64,000 nt of DNA from Eledone cirrhosa. Lineage: Eukaryota. The notes under the pieces are model-generated. The model ran no database searches. It saw nothing but the letters and a program-made list of their open reading frames with translations, and had not been told where the DNA came from. This document shows, in pieces, positions 51,501 to 64,000 of the stretch. How positions within the stretch are numbered: the stretch's first letter is position 1; every line of letters starts with the position of its first letter. A program made the translations under genes and the position numbers. Where the stretch lies: positions 199,144,001 to 199,208,000 of the forward strand of contig OZ024743.1 of assembly GCA_964016885.1 (NCBI GenBank), in the 5' to 3' direction.

Positions 51501-54500
51501 AGTGGTGAGGGGTAGCGGTGTGGGAGAGTGGTGTGGGGTAGCAGTGTGGGAGAGTGGTGTGGGGTAGCAGTGTGGGAGAGTGGTGTGGGAGAGTGGTGTG
51601 GGGTAGCAGTGTGGGAGAGTGGTGTGGGGTAGCAGTGTGGGAGAGTGGTGTGGGGTAGCAGTGTGGGAGAGTGGTGTGGGGTAGCAGTGTGGGAGAGTGG
51701 TGTGGGAGAGTGGTGTGGGGTAGCAGTGTGGGAGAGTGGTGTGGGGTAGCAGTGTGGGAGAGCGGTGTGGGAGAGTGGTGAGGGGTAGCGGTGTGGGAGA
51801 GTGGTGTGGGGTAGCAGTGTGGGAGAGTGGTGTGGGGTAGCAGTGTGGGAGAGTGGTGTGGGAGAGTGGTGTGGGGTAGCAGTGTGGGAGAGTGGTGTGG
51901 GGTAGCAGTGTGGGAGAGCGGTGTGGGAGAGTGGTGAGGGGTAGCGGTGTGGGAGAGTGGTGTGGGGTAGCAGTGTGGGAGAGCGGTGTGGGAGAGTGGT
52001 GAGGGGTAGCGGTGTGGGAGAGTGGTGTGGGGTAGCAGTGTGGGAGAGCGGTGTGGGAGAGTGGTGTGGGAGAGTGGTGTGGGAGAGTGGTGTGGGGTAG
52101 CAGTGTGGGAGAGTGGTGTGGGGTAGCAGTGTGGGAGAGCGGTGTGGGGTAGCAGTGTGGGAGAGCGGTGTGGGAGAGTGGTGTGGGAGAGTGGTGTGGG
52201 GTAGCAGTGTGGGAGAGCGGTGTGGGAGAGTGGTGAGGGGTAGCGGTGTGGGAGAGTGGTGTGGGGTAGCAGTGTGGGAGAGTGGTGTGGGGTAGCAGTG
52301 TGGGAGAGTGGTGTGGGGTAGCAGTGTGGGAGAGCGGTGTGGGGTAGCAGTGTGGGAGAGCGGTGTGGGAGAGTGGTGTGGGAGAGCGGTGTGGGGTAGC
52401 AGTGTGGGAGAGCGGTGTGGGAGAGTGGTGAGGGGTAGCGGTGTGGGAGAGTGGTGTGGGGTAGCAGTGTGGGAGAGCGGTGTGGGAGAGTGGTGTGGGA
52501 GAGTGGTGTGGGAGAGTGGTGAGGGGTAGCGGTGTGGGAGAGCGGTGTGGGAGAGTGGTGAGGGGTAGCGGTGTGGGAGAGTGGTGTGGGGTAGCAGTGT
52601 GGGAGAGCGGTGTGGGAGAGTGGTGTGGGAGAGTGGTGTGGGAGAGTGGTGTGGGGTAGCAGTGTGGGAGAGTGGTGTGGGGTAGCAGTGTGGGAGAGCG
52701 GTGTGGGAGAGTGGTGAGGGGTAGCGGTGTGGGAGAGTGGTGTGGGGTAGCAGTGTGGGAGAGTGGTGTGGGGTAGCAGTGTGGGAGAGCGGTGTGGGAG
52801 AGTGGTGAGGGGTAGCGGTGTGGGAGAGTGGTGTGGGGTAGCAGTGTGGGAGAGCGGTGTGGGAGAGTGGTGTGGGAGAGTGGTGTGGGAGAGTGGTGTG
52901 GGGTAGCAGTGTGGGAGAGTGGTGTGGGGTAGCAGTGTGGGAGAGCGGTGTGGGAGAGTGGTGAGGGGTAGCGGTGTGGGAGAGTGGTGTGGGGTAGCAG
53001 TGTGGGAGAGCGGTGTGGGAGAGTGGTGTGGGAGAGTGGTGTGGGAGAGTGGTGAGGGGTAGCGGTGTGGGAGAGCGGTGTGGGAGAGTGGTGAGGGGTA
53101 GCGGTGTGGGAGAGTGGTGTGGGGTAGCAGTGTGGGAGAGCGGTGTGGGAGAGTGGTGTGGGAGAGTGGTGTGGGAGAGTGGTGTGGGGTAGCAGTGTGG
53201 GAGAGTGGTGTGGGGTAGCAGTGTGGGAGAGCGGTGTGGGAGAGTGGTGAGGGGTAGCGGTGTGGGAGAGTGGTGTGGGGTAGCAGTGTGGGAGAGTGGT
53301 GTGGGGTAGCAGTGTGGGAGAGCGGTGTGGGAGAGTGGTGAGGGGTAGCGGTGTGGGAGAGTGGTGTGGGGTAGCAGTGTGGGAGAGCGGTGTGGGAGAG
53401 TGGTGTGGGAGAGTGGTGTGGGAGAGTGGTGTGGGGTAGCAGTGTGGGAGAGTGGTGTGGGGTAGCAGTGTGGGAGAGCGGTGTGGGAGAGTGGTGTGGG
53501 AGAGTGGTGTGGGGTAGCAGTGTGGGAGAGTGGTGAGGGGTAGTGGTGTGGGAGAGTGGTGAGGGGTAGCGGTGTGGGAGAGTGGTGTGGGGTAGCAGTG
53601 TGGGAGAGCGGTGTGGGAGAGTGGTGTGGGAGAGTGGTGTGGGAGAGTGGTGTGGGGTAGCAGTGTGGGAGAGTGGTGTGGGGTAGCAGTGTGGGAGAGC
53701 GGTGTGGGAGAGTGGTGTGGGAGAGTGGTGTGGGGTAGCAGTGTGGGAGAGTGGTGAGGGGTAGTGGTGTGGGAGAGTGGTGAGGGGTAGCGGTGTGGGA
53801 GAGTGGTGTGGGGTAGCAGTGTGGGAGAGTGGTGTGGGGTAGCAGTGTGGGAGAGTGGTGTGGGAGAGTGGTGTGGGAGAGTGGTGTGGGAGAGTGGTGT
53901 GGGAGAGTGGTGAGGGGTAGCGGTGTGGGAGAGTGGTGTGGGGTAGCAGTGTGGGAGAGTGGTGTGGGAGAGTGGTGTGGGAGAGTGGTGAGGGGTAGCG
54001 GTGTGGGAGAGTGGTGTGGGGTAGCAGTGTGGGAGAGTGGTGTGGGAGAGTGGTGTGGGAGAGTGGTGAGGGGTAGCAGTGTGGGAGAGTGGTGTGGGGT
54101 AGCAGTGTGGGAGAGTGGTGTGGGGTAGCGGTGTGGGAGAGTGGTGTGGGGTAGCAGTGTGGGAGAGTGGTGTGGGAGAGTGGTGTGGGAGAGTGGTGAG
54201 GGGTAGCGGTGTGGGAGAGTGGTGTGGGGTAGCAGTGTGGGAGAGCGGTGTGGGAGAGTGGTGTGGGAGAGTGGTGTGGGAGAGTGGTGTGGGGTAGCAG
54301 TGTGGGAGAGTGGTGTGGGGTAGCAGTGTGGGAGAGTGGTGTGGGGTAGCAGTGTGGGAGAGTGGTGTGGGGTAGCAGTGTGGGAGAGTGGTGTGGGAGA
54401 GCGGTGTGGGAGAGTGGTGTGGGAGAGTGGTGTGGGAGAGTGGTGTGGGGTAGCAGTGTGGGAGAGTGGTGTGGGGTAGCGGTGTGGGAGAGTGGTGTGG

Positions 54501-54932
54501 GGTAGCAGTGTGGGAGAGTGGTGTGGGGTAGCAGTGTGGGAGAGTGGTGTGGGGTAGCAGTGTGGGAGAGTGGTGTGGGGTAGCAGTGTGGGAGAGTGGT
54601 GTGGGAGAGCGGTGTGGGAGAGTGGTGTGGGAGAGTGGTGTGGGAGAGTGGTGTGGGGTAGCAGTGTGGGAGAGTGGTGTGGGGTAGCGGTGTGGGAGAG
54701 TGGTGTGGGGTAGCAGTGTGGGAGAGTGGTGTGGGGTAGCAGTGTGGGAGAGTGGTGTGGGGTAGCAGTGTGGGAGAGTGGTGTGGGAGAGTGGTGTGGG
54801 GTAGCAGTGTGGGAGAGTGGTGTGGGGTAGCGGTGTGGGAGAGTGGTGTGGGGTAGCAGTGTGGGAGAGTGGTGTGGGGTAGCAGTGTGGGAGAGTGGTG
54901 TGGGGTAGCAGTGTGGGAGAGTGGTGTGGGAG
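39560..54932. repeat. 15.4-kb G-rich 13-bp satellite built from two interspersed unit types
   Basis: Units GTGTGGGAGAGTG and GTGTGGGGTAGCA with minor variants; about 1180 units by length/13. Confidence 0.97.
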
Positions 54933-54994
54933 AATGGTGTTGTACAGATGTAAAGAAATGCAATTTAAGCTATCGTGCATCAGCAGCATCAGTA

Positions 54995-57900
54995 TCAGTA
55001 ACAGCAGTGAAAGTGGTGATGGTGGTTGTGTTAATGGTGATGTTAATGGTGGTGGTGGTGGTGGTTGTGGTAGTGTCAATGGTGATGGTAATGATGGTTG
55101 TGTCAATGGTAACAGTGATGGTGATGGTAATGGTGAAGGTGGTCGTGGTCGTGGTGGTGCCAATGGTGATAGTGATGGTGATGGTAATGGTGGTGGTGGT
55201 AGTGTCGATGGTGATGGTGATGGTGGTGGTTGTACTAGTGTCGATGGTGATGGTGATGGTGGTGGTGGTTGTACTAGTGTTGATGGTGATGGTGATGGTG
55301 GTTGTGGTAGTGTTGATGGTGATGGTGATGGTGGTTGTGGTAGTGTCGATGGTGATGGTAATGGTGATGGTGGTTGTGGTAGTGTTGATGGTGATGGTGG
55401 TGGTGATGGTGGTTGTGGTAGTGTTGATGGTGATGGTGGTGGTGGGTGTGGTAGTGTCGATGGTGATGGTGATGGTGGTTGTGGTAGTGTTGATGGTGAT
55501 GGTGGTGGTGGTTGTGGTAGTGTCGATGGTGATGGTAATGGTGTTGGTGGTTGTGGTAGTGTCGATGGTGATGGTGATGGTGGTTGTGGTAGTGTTGATG
55601 GTGATGGTAATGGTGATGGTGGTTGTGGTAGTGTCGATGGTGATGGTGATGGTGATGGTGGTTGTGGTAGTGTTGATGGTGATGGTGGTGGTGGTTGTAG
55701 TAGTGTCGATGGTGATGGTGATGGTGGTTGTGGTAGTGTTGATGGTGATGGTGGTGGTGGTTGTGGTAGTGTCGATGGTGATGGTGATGGTGGCTGTGGT
55801 AGTGTCGATTGTGATGGTAATGGTGATGGTGGTTGTGGTAGTGTCGATGGTGATGGTGATGGTGATGGTGGTTGTGGTAGTGTCGATGGTGATGGTAATG
55901 GTGATGGTGGTTGTGGTAGTGTTGATGGTGATGGTAATGGTGGTGGTGGTTGTGGTAGTGTTGATGGTGATGGTAATGGTGATGGTGATGGTGGTGGTGG
56001 TGGTGGTTGTGGTAATGTCGATGGTGATGGTAATGGTGGTGGTGGTTGTAGTAGTGTCGATGGTGATGGTAATGGTGGTGGTGGTTGTGGTAGTGTTGAT
56101 GGTGATGGTAATGGTGATGGTGGTTGTGGTAGTGTCGATGGTGATGGTGATGGTGGTGGTGGTTGTGGTAGTGTCGATGGTGATGGTGATGGTGATGGTG
56201 GTTGTGGTAGTGTTGATGGTGATGGTGGTGGTGGGTGTGGTAGTGTCGATGGTGATGGTGATGGTGGCTGTGGTAGTGTCGATGGTGATGGTAATGGTGT
56301 TGGTGGTTGTGGTAGTGTCGATGGTGATGGTGATGGTGATGGTGGTTGTGGTAGTGTTGATGGTGATGGTAATGATGGTTGTGTCAATGGTAACAGTGAT
56401 GGTGATGGTAATGGTGAAGGTGGTCGTGGTCGTGGTAGTGCCAATGGTGATAGTGATGGTGATGGTAATGGTGGTTGTGGTAGTGTCGATGGTGATGGTG
56501 GTTGTGGTAGTGTTGATGGTGATGGTGATGGTGGTGGTGGTTGTACTAGTGTTAATGGTGATGGTGATGGTGGTTGTGGTAGTGTTGATGGTGATGGTGA
56601 TGGTGGTTGTGGTAGTGTCGATGGTGATGGTGATGGTGGCTGTGGTAGTGTCGATGGTGATGGTAATGGTGATGGTGGTTGTGGTAGTGTTGATGGTGAT
56701 GGTAATGGTGTTGGTGGTTGTGGTAGTGTCGATGGTGATGGTGATGGTGATGGTGGTTGTAGTAGTGTTGATGGTGATGGTGGTGGTGGTTGTGGTAGTG
56801 TCGATGGTGATGGTGATGGTGGTTGTGGTAGTGTTGATGGTGATGGTGGTGGTGGTTGTGGTAGTGTCGATGGTGATGGTGATGGTGGCTGTGGTAGTGT
56901 CGATGGTGATGGTAATGGTGATGGTGGTTGTGGTAGTGTCGATGGTGATGGTGATGGTGATGGTGGTTGTGGTAGTGTCGATGGTGATGGTAATGGTGAT
57001 GGTGGTTGTGGTAGTGTTGATGGTGATGGTAATGGTGGTGGTGGTTGTGGTAGTGTTGATGGTGATGGTAATGGTGATGGTGGTTGTGGTAGTGTCGATG
57101 GTGATGGTGATGGTGGTGGTGGTTGTGGTAGTGTTGATGGTGATGGTAATGGTGATGGTGGTTGTGGTAGTGTCGATGGTGATGGTGATGGTGGTGGTGG
57201 TTGTGGTAGTGTCGATGGTGATGGTGATGGTGATGGTGGTTGTGGTAGTGTTGATGGTGATGGTGGTGGTGGGTGTGGTAGTGTCGATGGTGATGGTGAT
57301 GGTGGCTGTGGTAGTGTCGATGGTGATGGTAATGGTGTTAGTGGTTGTGGTAGTGTCGATGGTGATGGTGATGGTGATGGTGGTTGTGGTAGTGTTGATG
57401 GTGATGGTAATGATGGTTGTGGTTGTGGTAGTGTTGATGGTGATGGTGATGGTGGTGGTGGTGGTGGTTGTGGTAATGTCGATGGTGATGGTAATGGTGG
57501 TGGTGGTTGTAGTAGTGTCGATGGTGATGGTAATGGTGGTGGTGGTTGTGGTAGTGTTGATGGTGATGGTAATGGTGATGGTGGTTGTGGTAGTGTCGAT
57601 GGTGATGGTGATGGTGGTGGTGGTTGTGGTAGTGTCGATGGTGATGGTGATGGTGATGGTGGTTGTGGTAGTGTTGATGGTGATGGTGGTGGTGGGTGTG
57701 GTAGTGTCGATGGTGATGGTGATGGTGGCTGTGGTAGTGTCGATGGTGATGGTAATGGTGTTGGTGGTTGTGGTAGTGTCGATGGTGATGGTGATGGTGG
57801 TGGTGGTTGTGGTAGTGTCGATGGTGATGGTGATGGTGATGGTGGTTGTGGTAGTGTTGATGGTGATGGTGGTGGTGGGTGTGGTAGTGTCGATGGTGAT

Positions 57901-60900
57901 GGTGATGGTGGCTGTGGTAGTGTCGATGGTGATGGTAATGGTGTTGGTGGTTGTGGTAGTGTCGATGGTGATGGTGATGGTGATGGTGGTTGTGGTAGTG
58001 TTGATGGTGATGGTAATGATGGTTGTGTCAATGGTAACAGTGATGGTGATGGTGATGGTAATGGTGAAGGTGGTCGTGGTCGTGGTAGTGCCAATGGTGA
58101 TAGTGATGGTGATGGTAATGGTGGTTGTGGTAGTGTCGATGGTGATGGTGGTTGTGGTAGTGTTGATGGTGATGGTGATGGTGGTGGTGGTTGTACTAGT
58201 GTTAATGGTGATGGTGATGGTGGTTGTGGTAGTGTTGATGGTGATGGTGATGGTGGTTGTGGTAGTGTCGATGGTGATGGTGATGGTGGCTGTGGTAGTG
58301 TCGATGGTGATGGTAATGGTGATGGTGGTTGTGGTAGTGTTGATGGTGATGGTAATGGTGTTGGTGGTTGTGGTAGTGTCGATGGTGATGGTGATGGTGA
58401 TGGTGGTTGTGGTAGTGTTGATGGTGATGGTGGTGGTGGTTGTGGTAGTGTCGATGGTGATGGTGATGGTGGTTGTGGTAGTGTTGATGGTGATTGTGGT
58501 GGTGGTTGTGGTAGTGTCGATGGTGATGGTGATGGTGGCTGTGGTAGTGTCGATGCTGATGGTGATGGTGATGGTGGTTGTTGTAGTGTCGATGGTGATG
58601 GTAATGGTGATGGTGGTTGTGGTAGTGTCGATGGTGATGGTAATGGTGATGGTGGTTGTGGTAGTGTTGATGGTGATGGTAATGGTGGTGGTGGTTGTGG
58701 TAGTGTTGATGGTGATGGTAATGGTGATGGTGGTTGTGGTAGTGTCGATGGTGATGGTGATGGTGGTGGTGGTTGTGGTAGTGTCGATGGTGATGGTAAT
58801 GGTGGTGGTGGTTGTGGTAGTGTTGATGGTGATGGTAATGGTGATGGTGGTTGTGGTAGTGTCGATGGTGATGGTAATGGTGATGGTGGTTGTGGTAGTG
58901 TCGATGGTGATGGTAATGGTGATGGTGGTTGTGGTAGTGTTGATGGTGATGGTAATGGTGGTGGTGGTTGTGGTAGAGTTGATGGTGATGGTAATGGTGA
59001 TGGTGGTTGTGGTAGTGTCGATGGTGATGGTGATGGTGGTGGTGGTTGTGGTAGTGTCGATGGTGATGGTAATGGTGGTGGTGGTTGTGGTAGTGTTGAT
59101 GGTGATGGTAATGGTGATGGTGGTTGTGGTAGTGTTGATGGTGATGGTGGTGGTGGTTGTGGTAGTGTCGATGGTGATGGTGATGGTGGCTGTCGTAGTG
59201 TCGATGGTGATGGTAATGGTGTTGGTGGTTGTGGTAGTGTCGATGGTGATGGTGATGGTGATGGTGGTTGTGGTAGTGTTGATGGTGATGGTGATGGTGG
59301 TTGTGGTAGTGTCGATGGTGATGGTGGCTGTGGTAGTGTCGATGGTGATGGTAATGGTGTTGGTGGTTGTGGTAGTGTTGATGGTGATGGTGGTTGTGGT
59401 AGTGTCGATGGTGATGGTGATGGTGATGGTGGTTGTGGTAGTGTCGATGGTGATGGTGATGGTGGTGGTGGTTGTGGTAGTGTTGATGGTGATGGTGATG
59501 GTGATGGTGGTTGTGGTAGTGTTGATGGTGATGGTAATGGTGATGGTGGTTGTGGTAGTGTCGATCGTGATGGTGATGGTAGTTGTGGTAGTGTTGATGG
59601 CGATGGTGGTGGTGATGGTGGTTGTGGTAGTGTCGATGGTGATGGTAATGGTGATGGTGGTTGTGGTAGTGACGATGGTGATGGTAATGGTGATGGTGGT
59701 TGTGGTAGTGTTGATGGTGATGGTAATGGTGATGGTGGTTGTGGTAGTGTCGATGGTGATGGTAGTTGTGGTAGTGTTGATGGTGATGGTAATGGTGATG
59801 GTGGTTGTGGTAGTGTTGATGGTGATGGTAGTTGTGGTAGTGTTGATGGTGATGGTAATGGTGATGGTGGTTGTGGTAGTGTCGATGGTGATGGTGATGG
59901 TGGCTGTGGTAGTGTCGATGGTGATGGTGATGGTGGTGGTGGTTGTGGTAGTGTTGATGGTGATGGTAATGGTGATGGTGGTTGTGGTAGTGTCGATGGT
60001 GATGGTGATGGTGGTGGTGGTTGTGGTAGTGTTGATGGTGATGGTAATGGTGATGGTGGTTGTGGTAGTGTCGATGGTGATGGTGATGGTGGTGGTGGTT
60101 GTGGTAGTGTTGACGGTGATGGTGATGGTGGTTGTGGTAGTGTCGATGGTGATGGTGATGGTGGCTGTGGTAGTGTCGATGCTGATGGTGATGGTGATGG
60201 TGGTTGTTGTAGTGTCGATGGTGATGGTAATGGTGATGGTGGTTGTGGTAGTGTCGATGGTGATGGTGGTGGTGATGGTGGTTGTGGTAGTGTCGATGGT
60301 GATGGTGATGGTGATGGTGGTTGCGGTAGTGTCGATGGTGATGGTAATGGTGATGGTGGTTGTGATAGTGTTGATGGTGATGGTAATGGTGATGGTGGTT
60401 GTGGTAGTGTCGATGGTGATGGTAATGGTGATGGTGGTTGTGGTAGTGTCGATGGTGATGATGATGGTGGTGGTGGTTGTGGTAGTGTTGATGGTGATGG
60501 TGATGTTGGTTGTGGTAGTGTCGATGGTGATGGTGATGGTGGCTGTGGTAGTGTCGATGGTGATGGTAATGGTGTTGGTGGTTGTGGTAGTGTTGATGGT
60601 GATGGTGATGGTGGTTGTGGTAGTGTCGATGGTGATGGTGATGGTGGCTGTGGTAGTGTTGATGGTGATGGTGATGGTGATGGTGGTTGTTGTAGTGTCA
60701 ATGGTGATGGTAATGGTGATGGTGGTTGTGGTAGTGTCGATGGTGATGGTGATGGTGGTTGTGGTAGTGTCGATGGTGATGGTAATGGTGATGGTGGTTG
60801 TGGTAGTGTCGATGGTGATGGTAATGGTGATGGTGGTTGTGGTAGTGTCGATGGTGATGGTAATGGTGATGGTGGTTGTGGTAGTGTTGATGGTGATGGT

Positions 60901-61530
60901 AATGGTGGTGGTGGTTGTGGTAGTGTTGATGGTGATGGTAATGGTGATGGTGGTTGTGGTAGTGTCGATGGTGATGGTGATGGTGGTGGTGGTTGTGGTA
61001 GTGTCGATGGTGATGGTGATGGTGGTGGTGGTTGTAGTAGTGTCGATGGTGATGGTGATGGTGGTGGTGGTTGTGGTAGTGTCGATGGTGATGGTAATGG
61101 TGATGGTGGTTGTGGTAGTGTCGATGGTGATGGTGATGGTGGTGGTGGTTGTGGTAGTGTCGATGGTGATGGTGATGGTGATTGTTGTAGCATCGATGGC
61201 GATGGTGATGGTGGTTGTCGTAGTGTTGATGGTGATGGTAATGGTGTTGGTGGTTGTGGTAGTGTCGATGGTGATGGTAATGGTGATGGTGGTTGTGGTA
61301 GTGTCGATGGTGATGGTAATGGTGATGGTGGTTGTGGTAGTGTCAATGGTGATGGTGATGGTGATGTTGGTAGTGGTAGTGTCAATGGTGATGGTGATGG
61401 TGGTAGTGGTAGTGTCAATGGTGATGGTGATGGTGATTGTTGTAGTGTCGATGGCGATGGTGATGGTGGTTGTGGTAGTGTTGATGGTGATGGTGATGGT
61501 GGTTGTGATAGTTTGGTGTATGTGGTGGTT
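54995..61530. repeat. GGT/GAT-based minisatellite (~21-36-bp units) with higher-order duplication
   Basis: Core GGTTGTGGTAGTGT(C/T)GATGGTGAT. A rare cassette aacagtgat...gaaggtggtcgtggtcgt recurs at ~55110, ~56390 and ~58035. Confidence 0.95.
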
Positions 61531-64000
61531 TTAGGGGAGATTGTGAGATTGTGATATTGAGAGTGTTCTTGATGGTTGTTATAACAGTGGTGGTTGTGGT
61601 GGTGGGTTGGGGGAGGAGGTGGGGATTTGTATGTGGTGGTGGTGGTGGTTGTAGTAGTGGTGGTTTTAGTGGAGGTGGTGATATTGAGAGAGTTCTTGAT
61701 GGTTGTGATAATGGTGGTGATGGTGGTGGTTATGGTGGTGATGGTGATTGTAGTGGTGTTGGTAGTGGTCTGGTGTATGTGGTGGTTTTAGTGGTAGTGG
61801 GGATATTGAGAGTGTTCTTGATGGTTGTGATAATGGTGGTGATGGTGGTGGTACCAGTAGTTTAAGATGACAGTAATGGTTGGCTGCATCAATAGGTGAG
61901 TTAGTTGTGGTGGTGGTGGTGCCAGTGGTGGTGCTGGTGGTTACCGTCGAAGATGCTTATGTGATTAAATCTATTATGAGTTGAGAACACAAATATCTTG
62001 TTATAACTTAAAGATGAAAAGCACACATCTCGAAGCAACGAAAGGTTTCTTTCCTTGCTTGGATAATTTTTCTTCTTCTTTTGTTGTTGTTGGGCTTCTT
62101 CTTTCTTTCTTTCTTTTTCATCTCCTTTTCTTGTCATTCTTTTCTCTCATTTCTCTTTTCTTTTATTCCCCTTTTTCTTTATTTTTCTTACTATCATTCT
62201 TTCTGATTCCAATGCTTTCCTGCTTTCTTTTCTTTCTTCTTTCATTCTTTCTAAATTCATTTATTTATTTTATTATTTCCAATTTCATTACTTTCTTTCT
62301 GTCTGTCTTTTTTATTACCTTTCTTTCTTGGTTTTCTTTTCATTTATTTATTTACATCTTTTATGTATTTTATCATTATTGTTGTTGTTGTTGTTGTTGT
62401 TTTTTAAACTACGTCTCCAGCATCAGTTCCTGCAACCTTTTGCTTGGCTCTCTGCCAAAGGTTAGGCAAAATTAATATAATCTTTTGTGCATTCTACAAA
62501 TTTCCTGCAATTATCTGCAATTTATCAGACACCATTAGCCAGTTCTTTGCTTAATGCCTTTTACTTACGAAGAGTGATGAACAGTTTGTGCTTATGAAAA
62601 TCAAAACTGCTAACATGCCACAAACAATAGCTTTTAGGCAGTCAAAAGAGATATGCTATTAACATGTTGCAGGCCACGCCCACAGCATTAACCACATACC
62701 ACTGATTTACCTATTAACAACATCACTGCTTCCAGCCACTAACATCACTCCGCTCCGCCAAAAATCTATTTCTTAGATAATGCTAACACCCACCAAACCC
62801 TGCAACCAACCAGCCACCATCACCACCACCATCATCATATTCCTTACTGCTTTTTATGCTCATATCCTCTTTATCAACACTATCACTGCCAATATCAACA
62901 TCATCATCAATAGCCAGCTTGATCACCCCCAACTCCAGCCTCTAGTAGCTACAGTTTATCACCACCACCACCACCGCTGTCACTGCCGCTGCCATCACCA
63001 TCACTGCCATCACCACCACTACCACCACCACCACCACCATCACCATAACCACCATCACCAGCACAACCACTACTGCCACCACTATGCCCCCGACAACAAC
63101 CACTGCCACCACAATTACCCTCACCATCATTCTATATCTACTGTCGGGCATCACCATCCCAGTTACCAATCACTAACCACTACCTTAATATTCCCACTGT
63201 CACTGCTTCACCCCATCACTCACTCTTTTCTTTTTCTCTTTTCTTCCTTTACCCCCTTACCCCAACTCGCTAGTCAGTACACTATTCAACTATTGTGCTA
63301 TATTGATTCTGTCATTCACCAACACATTATACCGTCACTGCAACTCTCTTCTCTGGACGGGAGCAGCAATTTCAAATATTACCTTTGCTTTTGCGTTTCA
63401 TGCAAATACTTTAGAAAACTGTAAATGAACATAAATTTCCTGTAAGGGCAAATAACTATAGATATATTGAATGTAATATGCAAGTGGTTGTAGACGTTGG
63501 ATTTTAATGTTATGGCCTATTGTGTTTGGCTAAAAGGGAAACGAACTCAAAGCTACTTGTCAGTATTTATGTGTGTTCGGTGGATAGCAAGGAATATTAA
63601 GGGTTTGTTCTTAAGCACTTTAACTGAGCATTGAAGTCACTTTCCTGTTCAACCAGATGCTCTATTTAATTAGAGAACTGTATTGAAAAGACTTGCTTTA
63701 GATGTTCTCTCAGGAACATTATATTAGTCTGCTTAAACTCTCCATGCTTATACCCATCTTTGTTTCTTTTGCTCTTTCACTTTATCTAATTCTATCTCTA
63801 TCACACACACACACATACACCTAAGTATAGAAGAACACACATATATACATAAGTACGTCTCCGTCTCTTCGAAGCAACCATTCAAAAACATTTGATGTCG
63901 TTATTAATAAGCAAAACTATTACGGAGCTTGATTCAATATGCTCCAATCTTTTACGCCAGGTTTTTACAAATGGACCGACCTAGAAGTGATTGGTCAGAT

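Noticed and set aside
39560-54932. CRISPR-like or telomeric array
   Set aside because: There are no unique spacers and no cas genes, and the units are not TTAGGG. The resemblance to yeast TG1-3 is coincidental.
39048-61418. 7456-aa and 5135-aa Pro/His/Thr-rich ORFs
   Set aside because: These are translations of the C-rich strand of two satellites, which lacks stop codons. The 13-bp period makes all frames give the same peptide.

Overview
Repeat-saturated, AT-rich eukaryotic DNA with no confidently identifiable host gene. The tRNA-derived SINE families and dense (TA)n/(CA)n/(ATT)n microsatellites suggest a cephalopod (octopod-like) genome, but that assignment is inference. The left ~38 kb is a mosaic of microsatellites, SINEs and truncated TEs: CR1/L2-type RT, R4/Dong-type RLE LINE in (ATT)n, CRE-like and RTE fragments, Helitron helicase, Penelope-like GIY-YIG endonuclease, and a hAT MITE with an 8-bp TSD. 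The right ~23 kb is two abutting G-rich satellites: a ~15.4-kb 13-bp two-variant array and a ~6.5-kb trinucleotide-based minisatellite. These satellites explain all the giant ORFs. The main discovery is a cluster of hammerhead ribozymes. A 465-bp non-coding unit at 17068-18585, arranged as tandem plus inverted copies between (TA)n tracts, carries three identical, intact minimal type I hammerheads (retrozyme / Penelope pseudo-LTR-like). Several unrelated intact-to-decayed hammerheads and fold-back palindromes occur at other (TA)n sites. Hammerheads and TE classes were called by eye from motifs; no database search or folding program was run.
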